Shown here: positions 26,701 to 36,014 of the stretch, piece by piece
How positions within the stretch are numbered: the first letter of the stretch is position 1
How the letters are laid out: the number at the start of each line of letters is the position of its first letter
Virus record (IMG/VR): IMGVR_UViG_3300037467_001950
DNA from: a virus
Length of the DNA stretch: 64,000 nucleotides
Strand: one strand, 5' to 3'
Notes under the pieces: model-generated
Told to the model about the DNA's origin: nothing
The model's database searches: none
Seen by the model: the letters and a program-made list of their open reading frames with translations, nothing else
Program-made: the position numbers and the translations under genes

Positions 26701-29133
26701 ACCGGCTGGGTGGAACGGATCGTCGATGGGCTCGGGAAGATCGCCGACCACATGGGCAACCTGGGCGGCATCCTCGGCGGCTCCAGTGGCGACAACTCCG
26801 GCGGCGGCGGGTGGGGTTCGAAGATCGGGAAGTTCTTCAACCCGCTCAGCTTCGTACCCACCCGCGCCCAGGGCGGCCCCATCGCCGGAGAAGGGTCCTC
26901 GATATCGGACTCGATTCCGGCGATGCTGTCCGACGGCGAGTACGTGATCAACGCCCGCGCCGCGGCCGCCCACCGGCCGCTGCTGGACGCGATCAACGGC
27001 TACGCGTTGGGCGGGATCGTCAAGGGCGTCGCCTACGCCAACGACATCCGCGGCGGCCACTTCGGGCGCCTGTTCCGGCGCGTGGTCGAGCACAACGTGC
27101 TCCACTTCGCCTCCGGCGGCCCCGTCAACGCCCGCGACTGGGGTGCCGGCCACCCGAACATCCCCTACATCGAGGGCGGCACCGCCGCCGACGGTGTGGA
27201 CTGCTCCGGCTATGTGGGTCTGCTGCAGCAGATTTCGATGGGTGTGGCCAATCCGACCGCGCGCCTGGGTGTGACCGGGGACGTGGTCGGCGGGACGTGG
27301 CCGCAGTTCGTGAGCGGCGCCGACCCGAGCGATGCGTTCATCATCGGCGCCAACGCCGAGCACATGGCCGCGGCGATCCTGGGCACCAACTTCGAGGCCC
27401 GCCAGCCCGGTGAGAACGTGCGCATCGGCGGCAACGCCGCCTCCCCGTTCGATGGCCAGTTCACTACGGTCGGCCACGTCGACCCGAACGCGTTCCAGCC
27501 CGCCTACGACGCCACCGGCAACTCCGGTGGGCAGGATCCGTCCACCGCGGGCGGGGACACCGACGCGTTGGCGAACGAAACGATGCTGCCGCAGAAGGCG
27601 CCCACCCGGTTCTCCGAGTGGGCGGGCAACACCACCACCAACGTCATCACCTCCCTGCTGAACTACGGCACACCGACCCCGCCCATGGACGGGTCGGTGG
27701 TGCCGATGCAGGGGTTCCAGGACGCGTTCGACGCGATCATCAAGACCGCGCCGAGCAAGCGGCAGCACGACCAGGCCGCCACGTTCCTGCTGGGTGTGCC
27801 GTTGCCGGACCAGAACGCGCCCGGCGCGGGAACGCCGAGCGCGACACCGCCGGCGCCCAACGCCGATGCCTCCACCGGAGGATCGGCGGGGGTGTCGACA
27901 CCCGACAATCCGGACGCGGGCACCAAGGACGCCCCCGACATGCTGGGCACCGACAAGCTGGCCGGCGGTGAGGGTGTCGGTGGTGTGCTCGGCGCCCTCG
28001 AGGTCGGGGCCGGTGGGTTCGCCAAGGCCGCAGGCGAGTTCGTGTCCGGTCAGATCAGTTCCGCGCTCAACGTGCTGGGTGGCGGGTCGGAGCTGGACAC
28101 GGTGCCGGGGTGGATGCAGGCCGCCTACCAGGTGTGGGCGGCGGAGCAGACCAAACCGAAGGACAGCAAGAAGCGCGACACGGTCATCGGGAAGGACTAC
28201 AACGCGCCGAAGGCCTCGACGTCGGGTTCGACGCCTGGGTCGATTCCGAGGGTCGGTGGTGGGACGCCGTCGATTCCGCGGACCGCGAACACGCCGTCGC
28301 GGACCAACCCGGACCGGGGCAGCCCGAACGAGTTGAACGAGATGGCCACCGACAACTCCGGCGCCAGCAGCTCTGGTGGCGGGGACCAGCTCAACAAGAT
28401 GGCCGGGCAGGGCACCGCGGCCGGTGGGCTGCCGCCGCTGATCACCTACACCCCCGGCGGTGGTGTGTCGCAGTGGACTTCGACGTTCGCGGCGGTGCTG
28501 TCGTCGCTGGGGATGCCCTCGTCGTGGCTGTCGCTGGGCATGGCGCAAATGGAGACCGAGGACGCCAGCGGTGATCCGTACGCGATCAACAACTGGGACT
28601 CCAACGCCGCCAAGGGAACCCCGTCCAAGGGTCTGATGCAGGTCATCGACCCGACGTTCAACTCGATGTACCCGAAGTTCTCCTCCCTGGGCTACCCGGC
28701 CAACATCTACGACCCGCGGTCGAATATCGCCGCGGGCCTGGAGTGGGAGGTCTACAAGCGCGGCACGCCGGTCGGTGACTGGGGCCAAGGTCACGGCTAT
28801 GCCACCGGCGGTGACGTGTCCGGGGATGGGTCCTCGATCGGGGACGTGATTCCGGCGTTGCTGTCGGACGGGGAGTTCGTGGTCAACGCCCGCTCCGCTG
28901 ACGCCAACCGCTCGCTGCTGCACGCGATCAACGCTGACGCGGGCGCGGTGTCTCGGCTGGCGCTCAAGCAGATGATCCCGACCAAGGGATTGGTGGGAGT
29001 CGGTGCCGGGCGTGGCGGGGTCGACCAGTCGGCGACCTACAACATCCACGCTCACGACGTGGAGCAGGGCTTCCGCAAGGCGGCGCTGTACCACCAGCAG
29101 CGCGCGGCGACCTACACCAGCCGTTGGCGCTGA
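23707..29133 (+). CDS. tape measure protein with embedded NlpC/P60-like and lytic transglycosylase-like motifs
   Basis: 1808 aa. GVDCSGYVGLLQQ lies at about 27190-27230. MAQMETEDASGDPYAINNWDSNAAKGTPSKGLMQVIDPTF lies at about 28530-28660. An internal duplicated segment GSSI.D.IPA.LSDGE.V.NA..A...R.LL.AIN lies at about 26890-27000 and 28830-28935. Confidence 0.9.
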   Translation: MAADYSAYDAGTAYLTIEARLDDDFEAKIAGALQGIPAQQIAVTPDMDGFTKDLDDSWKSLDHTLSVKVQADQDALAELAKPIELVATLDTTAAQAELDRFRAELPTITLYAALDTAGAEADLQRLRDDAAAEPVTVRTDTDQAQGQVTLDTKPAEQTLSEFFAQELVFTVPLALDTSIAEEQLAEFRAKAAEPVTMKINVTESGGGTRGGGRRRKASAAEDGLEEPTYYHREPVDLDAYMASRSAAQTDQAQAAQRILYGAAEQNPQLAAQEIMGAASQTTPQVARQIVSGAQMHGGPWPAPSAFGQTERPTDWSRWNFGENTEPASMPGEGLANLTKFLQSIEKGGIGGGAKGLPSLVGSKDWAGLLSDAGMMGGPEAGAAVAALGALKGVLSDLVGPITDAISVLTEVTTAFMKFSLMGGGLSLGGALLGDLGAIGITGAFGLKNVPAALQAGTALREWNRDPNAQLQQQSAVLSAQMGVRTANEGVQSSIWNQGDALFQAKAATEQLTMAQESAVLSQRSLNDAYKEAGRSVRDMNDALEDAKLKQEGAALSVSAARTRLLQTQMDPSASLLDKQLALHEYNVAQQGYKESKNKTADQTVDTAISNQRGVQQNTQVLQAVRGMQSATLGVEEAAHAQVDAQHQIVQATWGIENSLTQVALAANQMKIALNPEPVDQYHLALDKLSPSARDFVEQMQAMYPELKKVQNAISDQLFDHLADSIRKFLNDQGISITSAMTGIAHAINGGLKDTLQGLDDLFTKLQRDGTWDKFVTGAENLAKGMAPIITGLTDLFIQLGAKTSGSVGPLMTQIGQSLQTLAPALGDLANAFAKGLTDALPSLTTMIQKLAEAAVPVMPEISHLFQVFANILSDIGPDLGQMVGALLSDVASFLEGLEKSGGLKQLVDQMRDMFHQIGPLMGPLGEMVGHLLPALFDVITLGIPWLMKMAPEFEKWFHEAQPLVEAAGHLADLLPAIMGAIDDLSHPLQSITDLFSDWTGWVERIVDGLGKIADHMGNLGGILGGSSGDNSGGGGWGSKIGKFFNPLSFVPTRAQGGPIAGEGSSISDSIPAMLSDGEYVINARAAAAHRPLLDAINGYALGGIVKGVAYANDIRGGHFGRLFRRVVEHNVLHFASGGPVNARDWGAGHPNIPYIEGGTAADGVDCSGYVGLLQQISMGVANPTARLGVTGDVVGGTWPQFVSGADPSDAFIIGANAEHMAAAILGTNFEARQPGENVRIGGNAASPFDGQFTTVGHVDPNAFQPAYDATGNSGGQDPSTAGGDTDALANETMLPQKAPTRFSEWAGNTTTNVITSLLNYGTPTPPMDGSVVPMQGFQDAFDAIIKTAPSKRQHDQAATFLLGVPLPDQNAPGAGTPSATPPAPNADASTGGSAGVSTPDNPDAGTKDAPDMLGTDKLAGGEGVGGVLGALEVGAGGFAKAAGEFVSGQISSALNVLGGGSELDTVPGWMQAAYQVWAAEQTKPKDSKKRDTVIGKDYNAPKASTSGSTPGSIPRVGGGTPSIPRTANTPSRTNPDRGSPNELNEMATDNSGASSSGGGDQLNKMAGQGTAAGGLPPLITYTPGGGVSQWTSTFAAVLSSLGMPSSWLSLGMAQMETEDASGDPYAINNWDSNAAKGTPSKGLMQVIDPTFNSMYPKFSSLGYPANIYDPRSNIAAGLEWEVYKRGTPVGDWGQGHGYATGGDVSGDGSSIGDVIPALLSDGEFVVNARSADANRSLLHAINADAGAVSRLALKQMIPTKGLVGVGAGRGGVDQSATYNIHAHDVEQGFRKAALYHQQRAATYTSRWR

Positions 29134-29172
29134 ACTATCCGGAAATTCCGGATAGTTCAAATCCATTGGGAC

Positions 29173-29184
29173 ACAACTAAATAG
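29173..29184 (+). promoter_or_regulatory. start-associated motif copy (ACAACTAAATAG)
   Basis: Followed by GAGAGA and GTG 29193. Confidence 0.45.
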
Positions 29185-29192
29185 GAGAGATT

Positions 29193-30092
29193 GTGGTGGA
29201 GATTACCCCTGCCATGATCCAGCTCATCGGCGTGGACGGGTCCGTGTGGATGCTGGCCGGTCCGGGCCGCGGCCGGGAAGGTGCCGAGCTGGGCACCTCC
29301 CCGTCGGGCCTCTATGACGCGCCGGTGACGACGATCTGGAACGCTTCGGCGTTCCAGGTCGGCTCCACCTTCGCCGGATACAAGATCGACAAACGCGATC
29401 TGGTGTTCACCGTCAACCTGTTCCAGCTGCCCGGAATGTCGTGGCAGACAGTGGATTCGGCGTGGCGCAAAGCCTGGGCCTATGACCGGGATTCGCAGCT
29501 GGTGGTCACCACCGAGTCCGGCACCCGGACCCTGAACCTGCGCATGACCCAGCAGCCGGGCATGACCACTATCCACGACCCGCACCTCAAGCAGTGGGCG
29601 ACGGTGCAGATGACCTGCTCGGCCGGGGTGCCGTGGTGGATCGAAGACGACACCACCTCGAGCTGGATCTGCCCGGTCGACACCCGCTCCGGCGCCATCG
29701 CCTACGGCACGGTACCGGTGGAAAACCCCACCGATCAGGACATGTATCTGCGGTGGGTGTGCAGCGCTCCGGCGCAGTGGACGCTGCCCGACTTCTCGTG
29801 GGGCAACGACTATTACGGGCGCGCCGCCCATGACGCCGCGCGCACGGTCACTCTGCCGCGCACCAGTGCCGGGCAGGACTTGACCGTCGACACCGACCCG
29901 ATGGCCGAGATGATCGTCTCCGCTGACGGGGCGGCGATCTGGGCGTTGATGGACGGGGTTTCCTTCGAATACCAGGTCCCGCCCTACACCCCATCCACGC
30001 AACTGCCGGTGTCGGTGACGTTCGCGCCCGCCGGCGCTGCAGTGCTGTGCGTGCAACCACGCAACTGGTCTCGGCCTTGGGGGTTGCAGTGA
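29193..30092 (+). CDS. minor tail protein (distal tail protein, call based on position)
   Basis: First gene after the tape measure gene. 299 aa. Confidence 0.65.
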   Translation: MVEITPAMIQLIGVDGSVWMLAGPGRGREGAELGTSPSGLYDAPVTTIWNASAFQVGSTFAGYKIDKRDLVFTVNLFQLPGMSWQTVDSAWRKAWAYDRDSQLVVTTESGTRTLNLRMTQQPGMTTIHDPHLKQWATVQMTCSAGVPWWIEDDTTSSWICPVDTRSGAIAYGTVPVENPTDQDMYLRWVCSAPAQWTLPDFSWGNDYYGRAAHDAARTVTLPRTSAGQDLTVDTDPMAEMIVSADGAAIWALMDGVSFEYQVPPYTPSTQLPVSVTFAPAGAAVLCVQPRNWSRPWGLQ

Positions 30093-31774
30093 GCGCGACA
30101 ACGCTGTCGGACCTGAAAGTCATCTACACCAACGCCCAAGCGGTCAAGGCGCAGCGGCAGAAGGACCGGTTCAAGCGGCCGCTGATCCGGCTGTGGGACG
30201 GGAACTGGAACCTGCGCGGGCGGGTGACCGGGGAGATCAGCGCCGACTTCGTGTGGCTGCTCAACGAGACCGGCACCGGCAAGCTCGTGCTCCCGTTCGA
30301 CCACTACCTGGCCAAGTGGGCCACCTCCACCGTCGGGTCGACGTGTCAGAACATCCACATCACCGTCGACAAGAACGGCGCCCGATGGGGCGGCCGGATG
30401 TCGAAGGCCACCGTCAAAACCGACGACCAAGGCATCTGCACGGTCGAGCTGGACTTCCTGCACGACTACGAAGAGCTCAAGCACATCTGTGTTTGGTCAA
30501 ACCCGCTGCTACCAGCCATTTTTCAGTTCCCGAAGGATTTTTTGCTGGCTGGCCCAAGCGTTTTCGTCCTCAAATTGGCCCTGTTCCTGCAGCTACTTCG
30601 CCTCGAAACACCCCTCTGGGCGCTGCCGGACGACCCGCTGGACATCAACGAATGGTTCGACCTCGACATGTCGAACTGGCCGATCGTGGTCATGCCCGAA
30701 GACATCCTCAACGACGGCTCGCTGTGGACCGTGTTCATGAGCCGCTGGAAGATGTTCCACGAAGCGGCCCAGCCCACAATGGATTTCGCGCAGATCAGCT
30801 GCGTGACGCGGCGCTGGCTGACCGGTGATCCGCCGCCGTGGCCGGGCGCGAATTTGCGCAACGGCACCCTCGTGGTCGATTTCGTCGACCAGTCCGGGTT
30901 CACCACCGGCACCAGCACGGGCGGCAACGCCTTCTCCGGCCTGGTGTACACGATCGAGGTTCTGGTCAACGACTTCCTCGACCACAACGACGTGGTGATC
31001 CCCGACCCGAACGATCCGGAGGAGTACCGCAACCCGGGTTGGATCGGCACCCTCCCGAGCGCGCCGTGGGTGATCTACAGGCCCGAAAAGCACACGGGCG
31101 TACAGAGTTCCAGCTTCTACATCACGCCCTACACCGACGTGCAGATGCTGTCCGGAGGGCACTCGATGCCCGGCGTGAACGCCGCCATCGGGGCAGGGAT
31201 CGAGATGGCCGGTGAGTTGCTGGGCGCCGCGATCCAGGCCACCGGCGTCGGAATCCTCGCTGGCGGCACCGGTATCGGCGCCAGCTTGGGCAACATCGCT
31301 GAAACATTGCTAGCCCCGCTCTACACAGATGTCGTGGCCGCCTGGGTCAGCTTCAAGGACCCGGTGCGCGCCCTGTACGCCGGATGGTCGCACTACTACG
31401 AGCATTTCCAGACCGGCGCCGACAACGCCTACACCCTCGACAGTCTGATCGCTCTGGTCGCGGCGCTGTGGGCTACGCGCAGCTTCTTCTCCCACGACCT
31501 CGTGATCGCCTCTGGCGCACCGTTCATCGTCGGAGACCAAGGTCAAGGCGCGTTTTTCATCGGCGATCGCATCGGCTCGACCGTGAAAGGGATGCCCCCG
31601 GGGCAGATTTTCGTGGACCAGGTGTCGCAGATCGAGTTGGCGTGGGACCGCACCACCGCCCCGGACTGGAAGGTCACCATCGGCACCGCCCGCGAGACGG
31701 AGGACCCGTTCGCCAAGGCGCTCAAGATGTTGCAGTCCACCATGACCGCGCTGGCGGACCTGTCGGTCGTCTGA
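30089..31774 (+). CDS. minor tail protein (tail tip / Tal-like, call based on position)
   Basis: GTG 30089 (GTGA overlap). 561 aa. Confidence 0.7.
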   Translation: MSATTLSDLKVIYTNAQAVKAQRQKDRFKRPLIRLWDGNWNLRGRVTGEISADFVWLLNETGTGKLVLPFDHYLAKWATSTVGSTCQNIHITVDKNGARWGGRMSKATVKTDDQGICTVELDFLHDYEELKHICVWSNPLLPAIFQFPKDFLLAGPSVFVLKLALFLQLLRLETPLWALPDDPLDINEWFDLDMSNWPIVVMPEDILNDGSLWTVFMSRWKMFHEAAQPTMDFAQISCVTRRWLTGDPPPWPGANLRNGTLVVDFVDQSGFTTGTSTGGNAFSGLVYTIEVLVNDFLDHNDVVIPDPNDPEEYRNPGWIGTLPSAPWVIYRPEKHTGVQSSSFYITPYTDVQMLSGGHSMPGVNAAIGAGIEMAGELLGAAIQATGVGILAGGTGIGASLGNIAETLLAPLYTDVVAAWVSFKDPVRALYAGWSHYYEHFQTGADNAYTLDSLIALVAALWATRSFFSHDLVIASGAPFIVGDQGQGAFFIGDRIGSTVKGMPPGQIFVDQVSQIELAWDRTTAPDWKVTIGTARETEDPFAKALKMLQSTMTALADLSVV

Positions 31775-31792
31775 CCTCAATCACCAACTGTC

Positions 31793-31804
31793 ACAACTGA
31801 ATAC
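31793..31804 (+). promoter_or_regulatory. start-associated motif copy (ACAACTGAATAC)
   Basis: Lies upstream of ATG 31823. Confidence 0.45.
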
Positions 31805-31822
31805 ACACATGGGGGTGCCGTG

Positions 31823-31981
31823 ATGCGCGCTTTCAAGCTGGCCCTTTTTCTTCGCCTGATCCAGCAGCAGCGCCCGCTGTGGGAGCTGCCGTCCGATCCG
31901 TTCGGCACCGAGGCCTGGATCACCCCGCGCCCGTCCCAATTCTCTACTGCCACAACTGAATACAACGAGGTGTCGCAATGA
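31823..31981 (+). CDS. 52-aa ORF resembling an internal segment of the 30089 tail protein
   Basis: FKLALFLRLIQQQRPLWELPSDPFGTEAW aligns with LKLALFLQLLRLETPLWALPDDPLDINEW (about 30560-30650). Its stop overlaps ATG 31978. Confidence 0.35.
   Translation: MRAFKLALFLRLIQQQRPLWELPSDPFGTEAWITPRPSQFSTATTEYNEVSQ
31952..31963 (+). promoter_or_regulatory. start-associated motif copy (ACAACTGAATAC)
   Basis: Lies upstream of ATG 31978. Confidence 0.45.
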
Positions 31982-32451
31982 TTCCTTTGCAGGAACACCA
32001 GGACCCCGACAACCCCGAGGAGCACTTCCTGTGGGCGTTGGTGGGGCTGCCGGGCCCGCGCGGGGCGGCGATGCTGATGTCGCCGAAGATCCTGCGCAAG
32101 TGGTCGGAGCACCTGTGGAACGCGGGGTTTCGGCACATGCCCCAGCATCAGACCCACGAATACCATCCGCCGGCCCGCGGTGAGCAGCACTGGCTCAACG
32201 GGGCCGGACGCTGGGTCGAGCGTGGCACCGTCGAGCGGGCCCAGCGCATCACCGCCCCCGACATCACCCACTTCACCCCGCAGGAGCGGCGCAACCTCGT
32301 CGACCAGCTGCGTGCGCATGGCGAGCTGGATCATCTGCTCGACCGCGCGGAGCTGGAAGGCGAGAAGCGCGAGCACAAGGCGCGGGTAGGGCGCGCGGGA
32401 CGGCCGGGCCACGGGCGGGCCGGAACCCATGAACCGGAGTCGTCGTCGTGA
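31978..32451 (+). CDS. hypothetical protein in the tail module
   Basis: ATG 31978, 157 aa. Confidence 0.55.
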   Translation: MIPLQEHQDPDNPEEHFLWALVGLPGPRGAAMLMSPKILRKWSEHLWNAGFRHMPQHQTHEYHPPARGEQHWLNGAGRWVERGTVERAQRITAPDITHFTPQERRNLVDQLRAHGELDHLLDRAELEGEKREHKARVGRAGRPGHGRAGTHEPESSS

Positions 32452-33653
32452 CCGACCCGTCCGGCTACATCCCCTCGGGCACCGACATCTTCTCCTACAC
32501 GCCGGAGACGATTTCGTCGCTCAAGGACATGACGCAGGCCTCGGCCATGTCGATCATGACCACCTCCACGGTCAGCACCTACACCAACACCGGGTCGATG
32601 ACGACGAGCTTCGTCAAGGCCGCCGGTGATCAGGGCATGGCCGACCTGTGCGAAGCGATCGCCGGGATCCAGGTGTTCGGGATCAAGCCGTTCGCGTTCA
32701 TGCAGGCGTGGGCTGATCAGCTCCACGCCGACGCACAGGAGGCGTTGGCCACTGGCGCGCAGGCGATGACCAACACGAACACGATCGCCAACGGTGTCAC
32801 GGCCAACATCACCGGCTCCGTCGCCTCCAACAACCCCAGCGACGTGGGCACGTCGGTCGGCATCCTCAACAACACGGTGCAGGCCAGCAGCCAGCCGCCG
32901 CAGACGGTGATCGTCACCTCCAGCCAGACGGTGTCCCTGCCGACGGGTACGCGCACCGTGGTCATGAATGTCTTCGGCGCCGGGGGCGGTGGCGGGCGCG
33001 GCAACTCGGTGTCGGGTTCGGGTCTGGCGGCTGGCGGGGGCGGGGTCGGGGGCTGGCAGAAAGACATCAGCCTTCCGGCTTACAGCCTCACGTCCACCCT
33101 CACCTGCCATGTGGGCACCAAGGGCCTGGGCGGGGGCACCGACAACTACTCCGGGTCCGACGGCGGCACCAGCTACGTCGCCGATGCTGCCGGCACCACC
33201 ATCTACGTGCAGGCCACCGGCGGCGGCGGCGGGCACCCGATGTCCTCGGGCAGCTCCAACCCCGACTTCGGGCCGCTGACCGGCTCCCCCGGTTCGGGCA
33301 ACGGCGTCTCGCAGCTGCCAGGTACCAGCGGCGGCCACGGCGGCATCTACAACCTGGTGGTCGCCACGGCCGGGGCGGGCGGCATCAACGTCGGCGGCGG
33401 CGGGGCGGCTGGTGCGGCCGGTGGCGGCAACGGCGGCACCGGGGCTACCGACACCTCGAGCCTGACCCCGGGCAACGGCGGATCCGGTGGCGGCGGCGGC
33501 CCGGCGGGCAGTTCCGGCAACGCGGGCAACGGCGGCAACGGCGGCCATCCCGGGGGCGCCGGCGGGGGTGGCGGAGCCTTCTACAGTTTCGGCTCCAACG
33601 GGAACGGTGGCGATGGCGCCGACGGGGAGATTTGGCTGACTTTCGTTTTCTAA
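32448..33653 (+). CDS. glycine-rich minor tail protein
   Basis: GTG 32448. It has long GGxGG tracts (GAGGGGGRGNSVSGSGLAAGGGGVGGW, GNGGSGGGGGPAGSSGNAGNGGNGG). Confidence 0.7.
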   Translation: MTDPSGYIPSGTDIFSYTPETISSLKDMTQASAMSIMTTSTVSTYTNTGSMTTSFVKAAGDQGMADLCEAIAGIQVFGIKPFAFMQAWADQLHADAQEALATGAQAMTNTNTIANGVTANITGSVASNNPSDVGTSVGILNNTVQASSQPPQTVIVTSSQTVSLPTGTRTVVMNVFGAGGGGGRGNSVSGSGLAAGGGGVGGWQKDISLPAYSLTSTLTCHVGTKGLGGGTDNYSGSDGGTSYVADAAGTTIYVQATGGGGGHPMSSGSSNPDFGPLTGSPGSGNGVSQLPGTSGGHGGIYNLVVATAGAGGINVGGGGAAGAAGGGNGGTGATDTSSLTPGNGGSGGGGGPAGSSGNAGNGGNGGHPGGAGGGGGAFYSFGSNGNGGDGADGEIWLTFVF

Positions 33654-33668
33654 CAAGGGATTTCACCG

Positions 33669-33893
33669 ATGTTCATGCCTGATTGGACGTGCCCGACGTG
33701 CGGGCGGTTCACCATCCTCGGCGGCGATATTTCACAAGCCAGCTACGACATGCAGCAGCGGCGCATCGCCGAGCACACCGGCCACCACGCCGCGCAGCTG
33801 GCCGAGCACGACGGCGACGAGGACGCGCTGGCGCGGCGGCTACAGACTCCGGCGGTGCACGCGGCGCTGACCCAGATCCAGGAGCAGCCGTGA
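33669..33893 (+). CDS. hypothetical CxxC protein
   Basis: ATG 33669. MFMPDWTCPTCGRFT.... Confidence 0.45.
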   Translation: MFMPDWTCPTCGRFTILGGDISQASYDMQQRRIAEHTGHHAAQLAEHDGDEDALARRLQTPAVHAALTQIQEQP

Positions 33894-34762
33894 CCATCTA
33901 CGGCATCGACATCTCCAACAACAACGGCCCCGACATCGACATGGAACAGGTTGCGGCCGAAGGGTTTTCGTTCGTGTTCGCCAAGGTGAGCGAGGGCGAC
34001 TACTTCGTCGATTCGACCTGGCCCGCCTACCGTGACGCCGCCAAGGCCGCCGGGCTGCTGGTTGCCGGGTACCACTACGTGCGCGGCGACTGCGATATCG
34101 ACGCCCAGGCCGACTTGTTCTGCAAGTACCTCGGCGACGCCCCGGCCATGCTCGACTTCGAGGCGAACTCGGGGAACATGGTCACCTTCTGGGCGTTGGC
34201 GCGCGCGCTCAACGACCGCGGGGTGCGCCTGGCGTTGTCCTATATCCCGCGCTGGTATGCCGCCGAGATCGGCAACCCGGACCTGTCGCAGGTGCCCGGG
34301 TTGATCCAGTCCAGCTATGTCGGTGGCAGCGGGTTCGCCGCCGAGCTCTACCCCGGCGACGACACCGTGTATTGGGACCCGTTCTGCAACCGGTCCCCCG
34401 ACATCTTGCAGTTCACCGACGCCGCGCAGGTCGCCGGTCACACCGTGGACGCCAACGCCTTCCCCGGCACCCGCGACCAGCTCGCGGCACTTCTCAACGG
34501 CCAACCCCAAGGAGCTTTCATGGCCGCACTCACCGACGCCCAGCAGGCCGACCTGTACGCCAAGATCGCCGACCTGTGGGATCAGGCGCGCGGACCCGGC
34601 GGTGCCGGGTGGGCGCAGCTGGGCACCAACGCCGAAGGCAAGAACCTCACCCCCGTGGACGCTGAGGCCGCGATCGAGGCGCAGCTGACCAAGCTGGGCA
34701 CCCAGATCGGGGAGCTGGCGTCGGTGGTGGCTCGCATCGCCGCGAAGCTGGGTGCGGCGTGA
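33890..34762 (+). CDS. lysA: endolysin, glycoside hydrolase family 25 (lysin A)
   Basis: IYGIDISNNNGPDIDMEQVAAEGFSFVFAKVSEGDYFVDSTW is a GH25 muramidase N-terminal signature. Confidence 0.8.
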   Translation: MTIYGIDISNNNGPDIDMEQVAAEGFSFVFAKVSEGDYFVDSTWPAYRDAAKAAGLLVAGYHYVRGDCDIDAQADLFCKYLGDAPAMLDFEANSGNMVTFWALARALNDRGVRLALSYIPRWYAAEIGNPDLSQVPGLIQSSYVGGSGFAAELYPGDDTVYWDPFCNRSPDILQFTDAAQVAGHTVDANAFPGTRDQLAALLNGQPQGAFMAALTDAQQADLYAKIADLWDQARGPGGAGWAQLGTNAEGKNLTPVDAEAAIEAQLTKLGTQIGELASVVARIAAKLGAA

Positions 34763-35079
34763 GCGGGGCGAAGATGGCCGCCAACGCCAAGGCGGTCATC
34801 GCCGCGGCCGGCGGGGTGGTGTCGGTACTGGCCGCCGGGACTGCGTTGTTCGTGTACGCCCCGGCTTCGATCGCGGGCCCGGGGACGGCGGTGCTGGCGG
34901 TCATCGAGATCATCCGCACGTTGAACGTGTGGCTGGTGCGCAACGAACCGGCCATCGAGAACGCGGTGACCGCGGCCGGTGAGCTCGTCGACGATATCCG
35001 TGAAGGCCTGCACCAGGCCGCCCCGATCGCCGTGCAGCCGGTGCCCCCGCCTGCCCCTGGGGTGAGCGAGGGCAGCTGA
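34759..35079 (+). CDS. holin-like membrane protein
   Basis: GTG 34759 (GTGA overlap). Two hydrophobic segments. It sits directly after lysA. Confidence 0.5.
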   Translation: MSGAKMAANAKAVIAAAGGVVSVLAAGTALFVYAPASIAGPGTAVLAVIEIIRTLNVWLVRNEPAIENAVTAAGELVDDIREGLHQAAPIAVQPVPPPAPGVSEGS

Positions 35080-35423
35080 TGCTCGCAGCTTTCCTGGCCG
35101 AGCTGCCCTGGGCAACCATCACGCCGGTAACCACGATGGCGACCTTCACCGGGCTGGTCTGGGCGGGCAAGCTCGTCCCCCGTTCCTGGGTGGACAAAAC
35201 CACGCACGACCTGGAAGAACGCGTCCGGTTTCTGCAGGAATCCAACGAAGCTCAGGCCGAAACCATTGCCTCACTGACCCAGCAAACCCGTGACCTCGGC
35301 GTCTCGGGCGAGCTGTCGGTGGCGTTGCTGCGCTCCCTCCAGGACTTGAACCACACCAATCATGCGCGCGCCATCGAGCCCGGAGGAGGAAGTGCCGTTG
35401 TTCCGTCGAAAAACACGGAATGA
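35079..35423 (+). CDS. N-terminally anchored coiled-coil protein (lysis accessory?)
   Basis: ATG 35079. One N-terminal TM segment followed by a coiled coil. Confidence 0.45.
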   Translation: MLAAFLAELPWATITPVTTMATFTGLVWAGKLVPRSWVDKTTHDLEERVRFLQESNEAQAETIASLTQQTRDLGVSGELSVALLRSLQDLNHTNHARAIEPGGGSAVVPSKNTE

Positions 35424-35625
35424 GCGCCGGTGCCGCCGTGAACCCGAGGACGTGCGCAAGGCGCGGGTAGAGGCCGAAAAGGCAGCCGAGCGGCGCGATC
35501 ACGCCAGATCCAATGAGGCCAAGGCGCGTCGGATCGGCTCCCTTCTGCGCGATGCCCTCGAGGGCGACGCCTTCGGTGAGGCCTTGGAAACCGCGCTGGC
35601 GCTGCGGAAAGGAACTGCGCGATGA
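35392..35625 (+). CDS. hypothetical basic protein
   Basis: GTG 35392 follows GGAGGAGGAA. It overlaps the previous gene's end. Confidence 0.35.
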   Translation: MPLFRRKTRNERRCRREPEDVRKARVEAEKAAERRDHARSNEAKARRIGSLLRDALEGDAFGEALETALALRKGTAR

Positions 35626-36014
35626 AAACCCGCTGGGCCGCGCTGGTGGCGACTGCTGTCGCGAACGCCGCCATCATCGCCATCATCACCCCGATCTGGG
35701 GAGTCAAGGCGTGCGGGGATGTGATGTTGGGCCTGATCTTGTTCAAGGCGGGCCTGTTCGTCGCCCTGTACGGGTGGCGATCCAACTGGCGCGCCACCGC
35801 CGCCGGCCAAGCCGTGATGGCGTTGATCGGCTGCATCTTCGCGGTCGCGGGTGTGGCCGCGTTGGGTGCGTGGCTGGGCCCGACCTACCCGGGGCGCACG
35901 TTCGTGCGGCTGAGCACCTTCGTCGCCGTCGGCCTGGTCCTGATGAACATGCTGGTCACCCTCATCTCCGCCCAGAACGGGCACAGCGACCCGCGCGATC
36001 GGAGGGATGAATGA
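35622..36014 (+). CDS. four-TM membrane protein (holin-like)
   Basis: ATG 35622 (ATGA overlap). Four hydrophobic spans. Confidence 0.55.
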   Translation: MKTRWAALVATAVANAAIIAIITPIWGVKACGDVMLGLILFKAGLFVALYGWRSNWRATAAGQAVMALIGCIFAVAGVAALGAWLGPTYPGRTFVRLSTFVAVGLVLMNMLVTLISAQNGHSDPRDRRDE

